DNA of 64,000 bases. Origin: an uncultured Gemmataceae bacterium (GTDB lineage: Bacteria > Planctomycetota > Planctomycetia > Gemmatales > Gemmataceae). The notes under the pieces are model-generated. The model had not been told where the DNA came from and ran no database searches. It was given only the letters and a program-made list of their open reading frames with translations. The stretch is from assembly GCA_963750165.1 (NCBI GenBank), contig CAVVPN010000003.1, forward strand, positions 1,024,001-1,088,000, in the 5' to 3' direction. Positions 23,188 to 31,594 of this stretch are shown here, piece after piece (positions within the stretch are counted from its first letter, which is position 1; every line of letters begins with the position of its first letter). The position numbers and the translations under genes were made by a program.

Positions 23188-23286
23188 GCCCGCCGCGCCG
23201 TCGCGCTCGGCCGTCCGGCGGCGCTGGCCGGCTGGCTGTACGGCGTCGCCAGCCGCGTGGCGCTCAAGGCCCGGGCGCGCCGCCCC
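23188..23286 (+). pseudogene. Fragment of an ECF sigma factor region 2
   Basis: Translates ARRAVALGRPAALAGWLYGVASRVALKARARR, typical of Gemmataceae-type ECF sigma factors; no flanking sigma sequence. Confidence 0.6.
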
Positions 23287-23349
23287 GCTGCCCACACGCT
23301 GCTACATCCGCGTCGCCAACGTCCGCAAGGCGCCGGCCCCCTGACGCGA

Positions 23350-24501
23350 TCATTTCTTCCAGGTCTTGTCCGCCGCCTGGTTGAGCAACTGCTGGATGTT
23401 GTAGTCGCTGTCGGTGCCGGTGCGGCGGTTGAACAGCGCCGCGATGTTAACACCGTCGGGCCGCTGCAGCACCATCGCCCACGTCCCCGGCAGGCTGCCG
23501 AAGAACGCATAGGACGCCGAGCCGCCCTTGCGCGGCTCGCCGCTGACCCAGTACGCCTGCAGGAAGCGCACCAGGTCCGGCGCCGACGCGATCAGGCCGC
23601 CGTGCGCGTCCATCGCCTCCAGGTCGAAGCCGCCGTCCGGCCACGGCACCTGCACCTTGCTCGACGGCACCATCACGTTGCGCGTTAGCCCCGTGTCCAG
23701 GTACACCGGTTCCTTCGGGTTGCGGTTCTGCGGCAGCGTCCGGCCCAGCGCGATGCTCGACAGCCCCAGCGGTTGCAACACCTGCTGCCGCAGCGCCGTC
23801 GGGTAGGTCTGCCCCGTCGCCTTCTCGATGACGCGGCCCAGCAGACAGTAGCCGAAGTTCGAGTACACCGACTTCTTGCCCGGTGTGAACTGCAGCGGTT
23901 GGCCGGCCATGTACTTGATGATGTCGGCCGGTGTCGCCGGCCCCGGCTTGCCCAGGGCTTTCGCGATCTTCAGCGACTCGAACATCGGGTCGAAGGCCTT
24001 GTCGCGGTCCCAGCCGCCCTTGTGGTCGATCAGGTGCTTGACGGTGATGTCCTGCCAGCGCGGGTCCATCTTCTGCCCCTTCGGCGGTGTGATGCCGAGG
24101 TAGGCCACGATTTTCGTGTCGAAGCGGATTTTGCCTTCGCGGATGAGCTTCAGCAGCAACGCCAGGGTGATCGGCTTGCTGACGCTGGCGACGCGGAAGG
24201 GCGTGTCCGGGCCGAGCAGCTTGCCCTTGAACGGATCCTGGTAACCGTAGCCGCGGGCCAGCACGAGTTTGCCGTCCTTCATCACCGCCAGGGTGCCGCC
24301 CGTGATGTGGCGCTCGCGCATGAATTTCTGCATGGCGGCGTCGAACGCGGCCAGCGCCGGCACCGCCTGGCCACTCGTCGGCAGCGGGTACTTGACCGCC
24401 GGGGCCGGCTGCTGCCCCACGGCCGCGTTGACGCCGTGGCCGGCCAGGCTCAGCACGCCGACCGCCACACACGCCACCCAGGATCGATCCAACCCGTGCA
24501 T
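23350..24501 (-). CDS. Secreted serine hydrolase, beta-lactamase class C-like family
   Basis: FRVASVSK (SxxK), LIDHKGG and YSNFGY motifs; signal peptide. Confidence 0.9.
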   Translation of the reverse strand: MHGLDRSWVACVAVGVLSLAGHGVNAAVGQQPAPAVKYPLPTSGQAVPALAAFDAAMQKFMRERHITGGTLAVMKDGKLVLARGYGYQDPFKGKLLGPDTPFRVASVSKPITLALLLKLIREGKIRFDTKIVAYLGITPPKGQKMDPRWQDITVKHLIDHKGGWDRDKAFDPMFESLKIAKALGKPGPATPADIIKYMAGQPLQFTPGKKSVYSNFGYCLLGRVIEKATGQTYPTALRQQVLQPLGLSSIALGRTLPQNRNPKEPVYLDTGLTRNVMVPSSKVQVPWPDGGFDLEAMDAHGGLIASAPDLVRFLQAYWVSGEPRKGGSASYAFFGSLPGTWAMVLQRPDGVNIAALFNRRTGTDSDYNIQQLLNQAADKTWKK

Positions 24502-24542
24502 GCTGCCGCCCCCTCTTGAGCGGTTCCCTCTGGGCTCGCGCA

Positions 24543-24643
24543 CACCCCGTAGGACGGCTCTCCAGAGCCGTCTCGCCTGCAGAGACGGCTCTCCAGAGCC
24601 ATCTCGCCTCTCCGACGGCTCTGGAGAGCCGTCCTACGGGGTG
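24543..24643. repeat. GTAG-REP triplet (GTAGGACGGCTCTCCAGAGCCGTC)
   Basis: Two direct units plus one inverted unit; same core as 4595 and 12697. Confidence 0.9.
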
Positions 24644-24688
24644 GTGTGGTCCACACGGCTGTGAACCGCTCTAAACCGGCATCGTGTG

Positions 24689-25933
24689 TTACACCTGAGC
24701 CGCCGCCTGCTCCATTTCACGGCGGATGTCGTTCATCGGCTCGATCACGTCATCGACCTTGTCCTCGAACAGATCGCCGATGAGCAGGTCGGTCAGGTGG
24801 CCCTTGAGGTGCGGATACTTGCGGACGAAGCGGCCGAAGTTGAAGCCGTCGTAATACTCGCACACCAGCCGCCGCATCCGGTCCATGCCCACGTTGTAGT
24901 TCGCCGCCCAGCCGCCCAGCTGCGCCGCCGACGTGTCGCCCTTCGCCAGGCCGTCCGCGACCGCGTCCGCCGCCAGCGACCCCGACTTCAGCGCCAGCAG
25001 CACGCCCGAGGAGTACAGCGGGTCCAGGAAACCGTAAGCGTCGCCGACCAGCACCCAGCCGTCGCCGGCCGCCTGCGACGAACGGTACGAGTAATCCTTC
25101 GTCGTGCGGAACGGGGCCACACGCTGCGCCCCGGCGAGCAACGGTTGCACCCCCGGACAGCTCTCCACCTCTTCCTGATAAATCTTCTCGTAGTCGTCGC
25201 CGCGGTCCTTGAACAGCAGCCCCAGATCAGCGACGACGCCGACGCTGGTCACGTCGTCGTGCAGCGGGATGAACCAGAACCAGCCTTGCTTGCCCTTCGT
25301 CTGGATGACCAGCGTCGCCCCCGGGTCGATGCCCGCGCGCTTCGCCCCCTTGAAGTACGTCCACAGCGCGGCCTTCTTCAGCTTCGGGTCCCACACGCGC
25401 AGGTTGAAGCGATTCTGGATCAGCGAACTCTGGCCGCTGGCGTCCACCACCACCCGCGCCCGCACCGCGCACTGGCCGCCGTCCTCCAGTTGCACCTTGA
25501 CGCCGACGGCCCGCTCGCCCTCGAAGAGCACGTCGAGCACACGGGCGCCCTGATGCACCTGGACGCCATGCTCGGCGGCGTTGGTCAGCATCATCTCGTC
25601 GAACTCGCTGCGCAGCACCTGCCAGGTCTGTGAGCACTCGTGCGGCTTGTTCTGGAAGAAGATAAACGGCTCGGACAGCTTGCCGTTCTCGTTGATGAAC
25701 TGCACGCTGCGCTTCTCGACGAAGTGACTTTGCCGCATCTTCGGCAGCATGTTCAGCCGCCGCAGCACCCAGTACGTCTCGGGGATGAGCGACTCGCCGA
25801 TGTGGAAGCGCGGAAACCGCTCGCGCTCGAACAGCTGGACCCGGAAACCGCGCTGCGCGATCAGCGTCGCGGCGGTCGCGCCGGCCGGGCCGCCGCCGAT
25901 GACGGCCACGTCGGTCTGGTCAGGAATCGTCAT
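24689..25933 (-). CDS. FAD-dependent oxidoreductase, flavin-dependent halogenase-like
   Basis: GGGPAG, FPRFHIGESL, GWFWFIP (WxWxIP) and GDAYGFLDPLYSSGV motifs. Confidence 0.85.
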   Translation of the reverse strand: MTIPDQTDVAVIGGGPAGATAATLIAQRGFRVQLFERERFPRFHIGESLIPETYWVLRRLNMLPKMRQSHFVEKRSVQFINENGKLSEPFIFFQNKPHECSQTWQVLRSEFDEMMLTNAAEHGVQVHQGARVLDVLFEGERAVGVKVQLEDGGQCAVRARVVVDASGQSSLIQNRFNLRVWDPKLKKAALWTYFKGAKRAGIDPGATLVIQTKGKQGWFWFIPLHDDVTSVGVVADLGLLFKDRGDDYEKIYQEEVESCPGVQPLLAGAQRVAPFRTTKDYSYRSSQAAGDGWVLVGDAYGFLDPLYSSGVLLALKSGSLAADAVADGLAKGDTSAAQLGGWAANYNVGMDRMRRLVCEYYDGFNFGRFVRKYPHLKGHLTDLLIGDLFEDKVDDVIEPMNDIRREMEQAAAQV

Positions 25934-26032
25934 GCCATCCTCTCCTCGCTGGAAGTTTCAAGGACCGCCGCTTACGGCTAGCGGGGATCGCCAACCTTGC
26001 CCCTGGCGTCCGTCCCCTGGTATCATCCTATC

Positions 26033-26416
26033 ATGGACGCGAACACTGTTACTTCTGATATGACTCTTCCCACCACAGTCATCCCCGTCATCGGGGAGTA
26101 CATCGCGGTGCGGCCCGGCTATTGCGGCGGGAAGCCTCACGTCATCGGCCACCGCATCAAGGTTCAACACATCGCCCGCTGGCGCGAACATCTGGGGATG
26201 ACACCCGAGGAGATCGTCGCCACATATCCCAGTCTCTCGCTGCCGGCGGTCTTCGCGGCACTCGCTTATTACCACGGCCACCGGTCTGAGATCGACGCCG
26301 ACATCGAAGCCGACGAACAGTTCGTGGCGGAGTTGAAGACGAAGACTGGACCGTCAAAGCTTCAGGAAAAGCTGGCGGCGCTTCATGGCAAAGACGATCC
26401 GCTTTCACCTGGATGA
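26033..26416 (+). CDS. DUF433 family antitoxin
   Basis: CGGKPHVIGHRIKV...EEIVATYPSL...AALAYY signature; start may instead be 26060. Confidence 0.88.
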   Translation: MDANTVTSDMTLPTTVIPVIGEYIAVRPGYCGGKPHVIGHRIKVQHIARWREHLGMTPEEIVATYPSLSLPAVFAALAYYHGHRSEIDADIEADEQFVAELKTKTGPSKLQEKLAALHGKDDPLSPG

Positions 26417-26720
26417 GAACTGCGACCCGCGGATTGCCGCAGGGCTGGCGCTGCACGGCGTTGATGTGACCACCACGCCTGGGGCGGGGTTGCTCCACGC
26501 TTCCGACGAGGCGCAGCTCGCCTACGCGGTCAGTCAGGGACGGATGATCGTGACGCAGGACACGGACTTCCTGCGCCTGGCGGCGGCCGGCCAGGAAACT
26601 CCAGGTGTGGCTTTCTACCCGGCCCAGGGGCGTTCCATCGGGCAGGTCATCCATGTCCTCCTCCTTATCTGGGAAGTGTACGAACCCGATGAGGTACGAA
26701 ACCGCGTGGAATTTCTCTGA
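26385..26720 (+). CDS. DUF5615 PIN-like toxin
   Basis: FHLDEN, SDEAQL and IVTQDTDF motifs; overlaps the DUF433 gene. Confidence 0.88.
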   Translation: MAKTIRFHLDENCDPRIAAGLALHGVDVTTTPGAGLLHASDEAQLAYAVSQGRMIVTQDTDFLRLAAAGQETPGVAFYPAQGRSIGQVIHVLLLIWEVYEPDEVRNRVEFL

Positions 26721-26729
26721 GTGAGGAAA

Positions 26730-26781
26730 CGGAGTCGTGAGACTTCGGAAGGCACGTCCGAAGTCTCACGACTTCGGCTAC
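26730..26781. repeat. GTAG-type REP doublet (CCGAAGTCTCACGACTTCGGCTAC)
   Basis: Inverted pair right after the toxin stop; related to 1969-2028. Confidence 0.7.
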
Positions 26782-27026
26782 AAACAAACCCGCGCTAACT
26801 GTGGCGCCACGGCCGGGGCCGCCCTGTTCGTTTGCCCAGTCGGTTGCCCTTGCCTCGCTCGCCCCGCGGCCGGTACAATCACCGACATTTCACCGGGACG
26901 GCCTGAACCGACCATCATCACTCGCCACCGCTCCGGCCGCGCCGGAACGGTGTCTGTAGTTTTGGGGCAACCGGCGCGTCCACGGGCGGACGACTCCCTA
27001 ACCCACGGCCAGAGCGCAGGAGTTCC

Positions 27027-28064
27027 ATGTCGATCCAAATCCTGTGCCCCAACGGGCACGAGCTGTTCGCGGAGCCCGAACACGTCGGCCGCAAGGTGCG
27101 CTGCCCCGCCTGCAAGGTGGTCCTCGTCGTCCCCGGCCCGAACCCGGGCGTGGCTGCCGCCATCGTGCAGGCGCCGCCGCTGCCGCCCGCCGCGCCGCCC
27201 CCGCGGATGGCACCGCCGCCGCCCCGGCGCGAGGCCCTCGACCAGCTCGAGGAGATCGATCAACTGGAGGAACTCCCCGCGGAGGGGCTGGACGACCTGG
27301 AGGCGCTCCCGGAAGAAGAAGAGGGGGAGCAGCGCCCCGGCCGGATGCGGAACAAGGATCGCATGCGGCGCGCGAACCTGGGGCTCGGTTGCCATTACCT
27401 CAAGATCCTGTTCATCCTGGCGGCGTTCTTCGTGGGCGTCGGCGGCAGCCTCCTGGGGGTCATCCTGGCCGTCGGCGGCGGCGGCGTGGCCCTGCTGCGC
27501 GTGGTCCAGATCGTCCAAAACATCATCTACCTGGCGGCGCCGCTCCTGGGACTGGCCGGCTCGTTCCTCTGTTTCTGGCTGCCGGTCAAGACCGGCGCCC
27601 GTGCCCTGATTATCGTCTCGTTCAGCCTGGACGCGGCTGCCCTGCTCTGCGCGCTCATCAGCCTGATCGCGGTGGTCGGCGCGATCCTGGCCGGCGCGGG
27701 CAGCACCACGGCGACGGGCATGCTGGCCCTGGCGGGCATCCTCAACCTGATCGCCGTCCTCGGCTTTTTCGTCGCCTGGATCTGCTTCATGATCGCCCTG
27801 CGCAACCTGGCCTATTACCTCAAAGACGAGGTGACCGGCGACGAGGCCATCAAACTCATGCTGTTCACCATCATCATCACGCCCCTGGGCCCGATTTTCC
27901 TCTTTTTCACGGTCCTCGTGCTCCTGGCCACCTCCCCGTTCCTCACCGGCATGGTCGCGCTCGTCATTCTCATCGGCTGGCTGGTCGGGCTGGGCAAAAC
28001 CATGTTCGGCATCCTGAACCTGCTCGCCACGCTGCGCCAGAACCTCCAGACGCGCTGGTCGTGA
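27027..28064 (+). CDS. Zinc-ribbon plus multi-TM membrane protein
   Basis: CPNGH...CPAC, a Pro/acidic linker and about 6 TM helices. Confidence 0.8.
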   Translation: MSIQILCPNGHELFAEPEHVGRKVRCPACKVVLVVPGPNPGVAAAIVQAPPLPPAAPPPRMAPPPPRREALDQLEEIDQLEELPAEGLDDLEALPEEEEGEQRPGRMRNKDRMRRANLGLGCHYLKILFILAAFFVGVGGSLLGVILAVGGGGVALLRVVQIVQNIIYLAAPLLGLAGSFLCFWLPVKTGARALIIVSFSLDAAALLCALISLIAVVGAILAGAGSTTATGMLALAGILNLIAVLGFFVAWICFMIALRNLAYYLKDEVTGDEAIKLMLFTIIITPLGPIFLFFTVLVLLATSPFLTGMVALVILIGWLVGLGKTMFGILNLLATLRQNLQTRWS

Positions 28065-28152
28065 GCGGCGGCGCTCCTGTCCGGCACGCGGGTGGCCGGC
28101 ATACATTAACGGGGTGGTGGTTGGGTTTCCGCAGGAGAAAAAGGGGGCCACA

Positions 28153-28647
28153 ATGACAAACGCACGATGGTGGTGGGCGGCGGTGCTGCTGGTGGTGCTG
28201 GCGGGCGGTTCCGGGCCGGCGGCGGCGCAGGGCAAGCCGACGACCTGGAAGGATGGCAAACTGGAGATCCAGTTCCCGGGCGAGCCCAGGGAGGGCAAGA
28301 ACAAGCTGGAGATGCAAAAGGGCCTGAAGACCATCTACCTGGCGACCTTCAACGAGATCCCGAACATCGCCAAGGCTGACGCGGCCCAGAAAAAGCTGAT
28401 CATCGACAGCACCCGTAACAGCCTGGAAAAGGCCCTCAAGGGCAAGCTGCTCAGCGAAAAGAACATCAAGGCGGGCGACGTGACGGGCCGGGAGTTCCAG
28501 GTGGAATCGGCCGCCGTGGGCATTTACCGCACCCGGGTGTTCCTCCACGGCAACCGGCTTTACCAGTTCGTGGTGACCGGCGACAAGAGCGTGGTGACCG
28601 GCAAGGACGCGGAAACGTTTTTCAAGTCGATCAAGTTCATGAAGTGA
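28153..28647 (+). CDS. Secreted hypothetical protein (possibly PsbP/Mog1-like fold)
   Basis: Signal peptide; FPGEP and FFKSIKF C-terminal pattern. Confidence 0.75.
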   Translation: MTNARWWWAAVLLVVLAGGSGPAAAQGKPTTWKDGKLEIQFPGEPREGKNKLEMQKGLKTIYLATFNEIPNIAKADAAQKKLIIDSTRNSLEKALKGKLLSEKNIKAGDVTGREFQVESAAVGIYRTRVFLHGNRLYQFVVTGDKSVVTGKDAETFFKSIKFMK

Positions 28648-28663
28648 CCCCCGATGGTCTTTC

Positions 28664-28695
28664 CGGCGGCGTGACGGCGAACCGTCACGCCGCCG
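28664..28695. terminator. Perfect 14-bp hairpin between convergent genes
   Basis: CGGCGGCGTGACGG-CGAA-CCGTCACGCCGCCG. Confidence 0.6.
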
Positions 28696-28696
28696 T

Positions 28697-28984
28697 TCAG
28701 CGCGCGACCCGGAAGTCCGCGTGGGCGCCCGTCGGCGGCCGGTCCTCCACTTCCTCATCCTCAATGTAATCCTCCCAGTAGGTGCGCACCGCGTCCAGGA
28801 AGCGCGCCACCGCGTCCGCCGCCCCTTCCGCGAACAGCTCGACCCGGCCGTCGGGCAGGTTGCGCACCCAGCCCGTGACCGGGTGATCGTGGGCCAGCCC
28901 CGCCACCGTCGCGCGGAAGCCGACGCCCTGCACCCGCCCCGTGTAGCGCACCAGGCGCGCGACGGGCTCGCTGGCGATGCTCAT
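28697..28984 (-). CDS. acyP: Acylphosphatase
   Basis: GRVQGVGFR and GWVRNLPDGRVE signatures. Confidence 0.95.
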   Translation of the reverse strand: MSIASEPVARLVRYTGRVQGVGFRATVAGLAHDHPVTGWVRNLPDGRVELFAEGAADAVARFLDAVRTYWEDYIEDEEVEDRPPTGAHADFRVAR

Positions 28985-29012
28985 GTCGTTGCCCTCCCAC
29001 ACGAAACCGGGT

Positions 29013-30591
29013 CTACGGCGCGTGCTGGTGAATGATCTCGCACAGCCGCCCGAGCACACGGCCCTCGCGCGCCGGTGTCACGCCCTGTGGCAGCGGCACC
29101 TGATTGACGAACATCGCGAAGTTCAGCCGTCGGCCGCGCGCGGTCGTCATGGTGCCGGCCAGCGCCTTGCTCGTCAGCAGCACGCGGCCGTTGAGCAAAT
29201 CCTGCCAGGCATACGTGCCGGTCTTCGCCTTCACCTGGCCGCGCGCCGGGCTGTTGGGCCCGACCACGTCCGCCAGGGTGCCATCCACGCCCAGCACCGG
29301 CAGCGCCGCCTCGTACGCCTTGTACTCCGGCCGCTTGGCCATCGCCTGCAACAGCTGCACGGTCGCCCGCGCCGTTACGTAGTCCGCCCCGGCGCCGCCC
29401 GCGCCGCCGCCGAACGAGATCGTCTTCGTGTCCACGCCCAGCTTCTTCAAAAAGTCGCGCTGCAGCCGCAGGCCGTCCGTCAGCGTGCCGCTTGCCGTGT
29501 TTGGCCGCCACCAGCAGCGGCAGCGTGCTGGCGTAGAGATTGTGGCTCACCTTGAGCGTCACCTTCGCGACCTCCGCGAACGGCGGCGATTTGTACAGGG
29601 CGACACGCTCCAGTTTGGCGTAGCTCGCCGGCTCCGGCAGGTCCGCCCGCGGCGCCTGCAGGGCGCTGGCGGCGACGGTCACGCCCTGCTGCCGCAGCGC
29701 ATCGATGAACAGCGCCCGCGCGAAAGCGGCCGGATCCTCGACGTGATAGATGCGCACCTGCGGCTTCGCCTTGACGCCGATCTGGCCGCGCACCGTGAAG
29801 CGGTCGCCGCCCAGCGCCTTGATTTCAATTTTGCTCGCGGCGCCGGCGACAGTCTGCACCTGGGCGTCCATGCGCACGAAGTCCGTTTCCGGCCGCATGC
29901 GCACCTGGGCGGCGGCACCGGCCTTGGCGGCGGGCGTCACGATCACGTCGATGACGTTGTCGTTGACGACGATGGGCGTCACGATAGTCGGGCCGCTGCC
30001 GCTGGACTTGCTGCGCTCGAACAGCCGTTCGTCGATGAGCACGTCGCCCTCGACGTGCTTGATGCCGTGCGCCGCCACCTGTTTGGCCAGCGCTTTCAGG
30101 CCGGCCAGCGGGTCGGTGTCGGTCAGGCAGTCGGTGGTGCTGCCGGCGCTCGCGTAGGTGTGATCCTTGTCGCGGAAGACCAGTTTGCCCTGCGCGTCGG
30201 TGCGGCCGCCGAGCGTCACGTCGCCGGAGGCCACCAGGATCAGATCGCCCTTGAGTCGGCCGTCCTTGACGGTGCCGCGGGCGTACACTGGCGTCTCGAA
30301 GAGGAAATCGACGCCGAGCAGGCACAGCGCCGCGGCCACGGAGAACAGCTTCGTCACCGACGCGGGCAGCAGCATACGGTCGGCGTTGTGGCTGTAAACG
30401 ACCTCGCCAGTCCTGGCGTCGGTCACCAGGATGCCCCAGTGCGATTGACGGTAATCGGGACCGTTGAGGACCGTGTCGAGGCGCGCCGACCACTGCTTCG
30501 CCTGCTGCCGGGCCGCGACCGTCGGCACAAGTTGCAGGCAGACCAGGGCCAGCGTCAGGTACACGAACGGGCCGCGCCGCAAGCGAGTCAT
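29013..30591 (-). CDS. dacB: D-alanyl-D-alanine carboxypeptidase/endopeptidase, PBP4/peptidase S13 (frameshift near 29490)
   Basis: PASVTK (SxxK), SHN (SxN), LPVLGVDGTL and AKTGT (KTG) motifs across two frames. Confidence 0.92.
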
Positions 30592-31037
30592 GGAGGAGCC
30601 TCCCTTATCTGGGATTGGAACCGTCACCACCGGTGCGGTAGTCAACATAAGGCCCGGCGGCCGGGGATCAAGTCTCGACCTTTAACGCGATTCCCGCAGG
30701 GCAGGCGCACACGACGTGTTGTGGTCCACGTGCCCCGCTCGCCAGCCGCGCGTGACGTTTCGCCCGGCTCGCAGCGTTTCCCCAGGCGGCAAGGTTTGCG
30801 CCGTTTCGAGCCGTTGGCTACTTTATGGGGGCACCGGACTATTCCCCAGGCGGCCGGAAGCGCATCGGCTGCGAAGGAAGGCCAACCGGTCCCCCGCGGC
30901 GGCGAAGTTCGCGAGAACTGACCGCCGGCGGTGCGTTCACGGCGGCGGCCGTGCCGATGGTTGATGTGGGAGGAGCGCCGCCCCGAGCTTCCACCAGCGC
31001 CGGGGCGACTGGTCCCTCCCGAACAAGGGATGCACTC

Positions 31038-31346
31038 ATGATTCCGCTCGCGATCCAGCTGACCGACCAGCCTGACGGCGACCTCTGCGGTCTGTGCGGC
31101 GAACACGACGCCGGCCGCCCGGGGCCGCGGTTGTGTCTGGCCGACACCTGGCACAATGTCTGCCGCCGCTGTGGTCAGGCACACGCCCCGGCGCTGCTGG
31201 CGCTGCTCGACCTGGCCCGCGTCGCCGAACAGGTTGGCCACATCGGCCGCCACACGCTGGTGCCGCCCCTGAGTGCCCTGCTCGACCTCAACCGGGCCGC
31301 CGAACACTACCTCGACGCCCGCCAGCCCAGCCGCCACGCCGCCTGA
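31038..31346 (+). CDS. Small putative zinc-binding protein
   Basis: CGLC...CRRC; ATG preceded by AAGGGA. Confidence 0.6.
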   Translation: MIPLAIQLTDQPDGDLCGLCGEHDAGRPGPRLCLADTWHNVCRRCGQAHAPALLALLDLARVAEQVGHIGRHTLVPPLSALLDLNRAAEHYLDARQPSRHAA

Positions 31347-31382
31347 CCGCCCCACCCCGAAGCCCTGAGCCAACTGGCACAA

Positions 31383-31432
31383 CCCGCGGCACCCGTAGCT
31401 TTACAGGCCCGCGGAGTTTTTCCGGTTCCCGG
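31383..31432 (+). terminator. Probable intrinsic terminator
   Basis: CCGCGG...CCGCGG imperfect stem followed by AGTTTTT, downstream of the 31038-31346 gene. Confidence 0.4.
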
Positions 31433-31594
31433 TGACCGGCCACGGCCAAACTTGAGACCTGTATCGGGCCGATCAACCTTATCGGCAACGGACTCGCTTT
31501 CCGAAGTTGCCGTGACGCACGCCTGCCCCGCGTCTGCCGGGAAAAATCCGTTCCGTGACCCTGCCACCTGGCTCCAACACCTGGGGGTTGCCGC

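Noticed and set aside
24543..24643. Repeated 24-bp units resembling a mini CRISPR array
   Set aside because: The units are partly inverted, the spacers are only about 10-13 bp and similar to each other, and there are no cas genes; this is a REP cluster.
29013..30591. dacB as a surprising peptidoglycan gene in a planctomycete
   Set aside because: Peptidoglycan in Planctomycetota is already established.
31371..31450. Minus-strand resemblance to a c-di-GMP-I riboswitch
   Set aside because: It lacks the GGCAAA...GNRA...GACGC core and faces no downstream gene; a plus-strand terminator explains it better.
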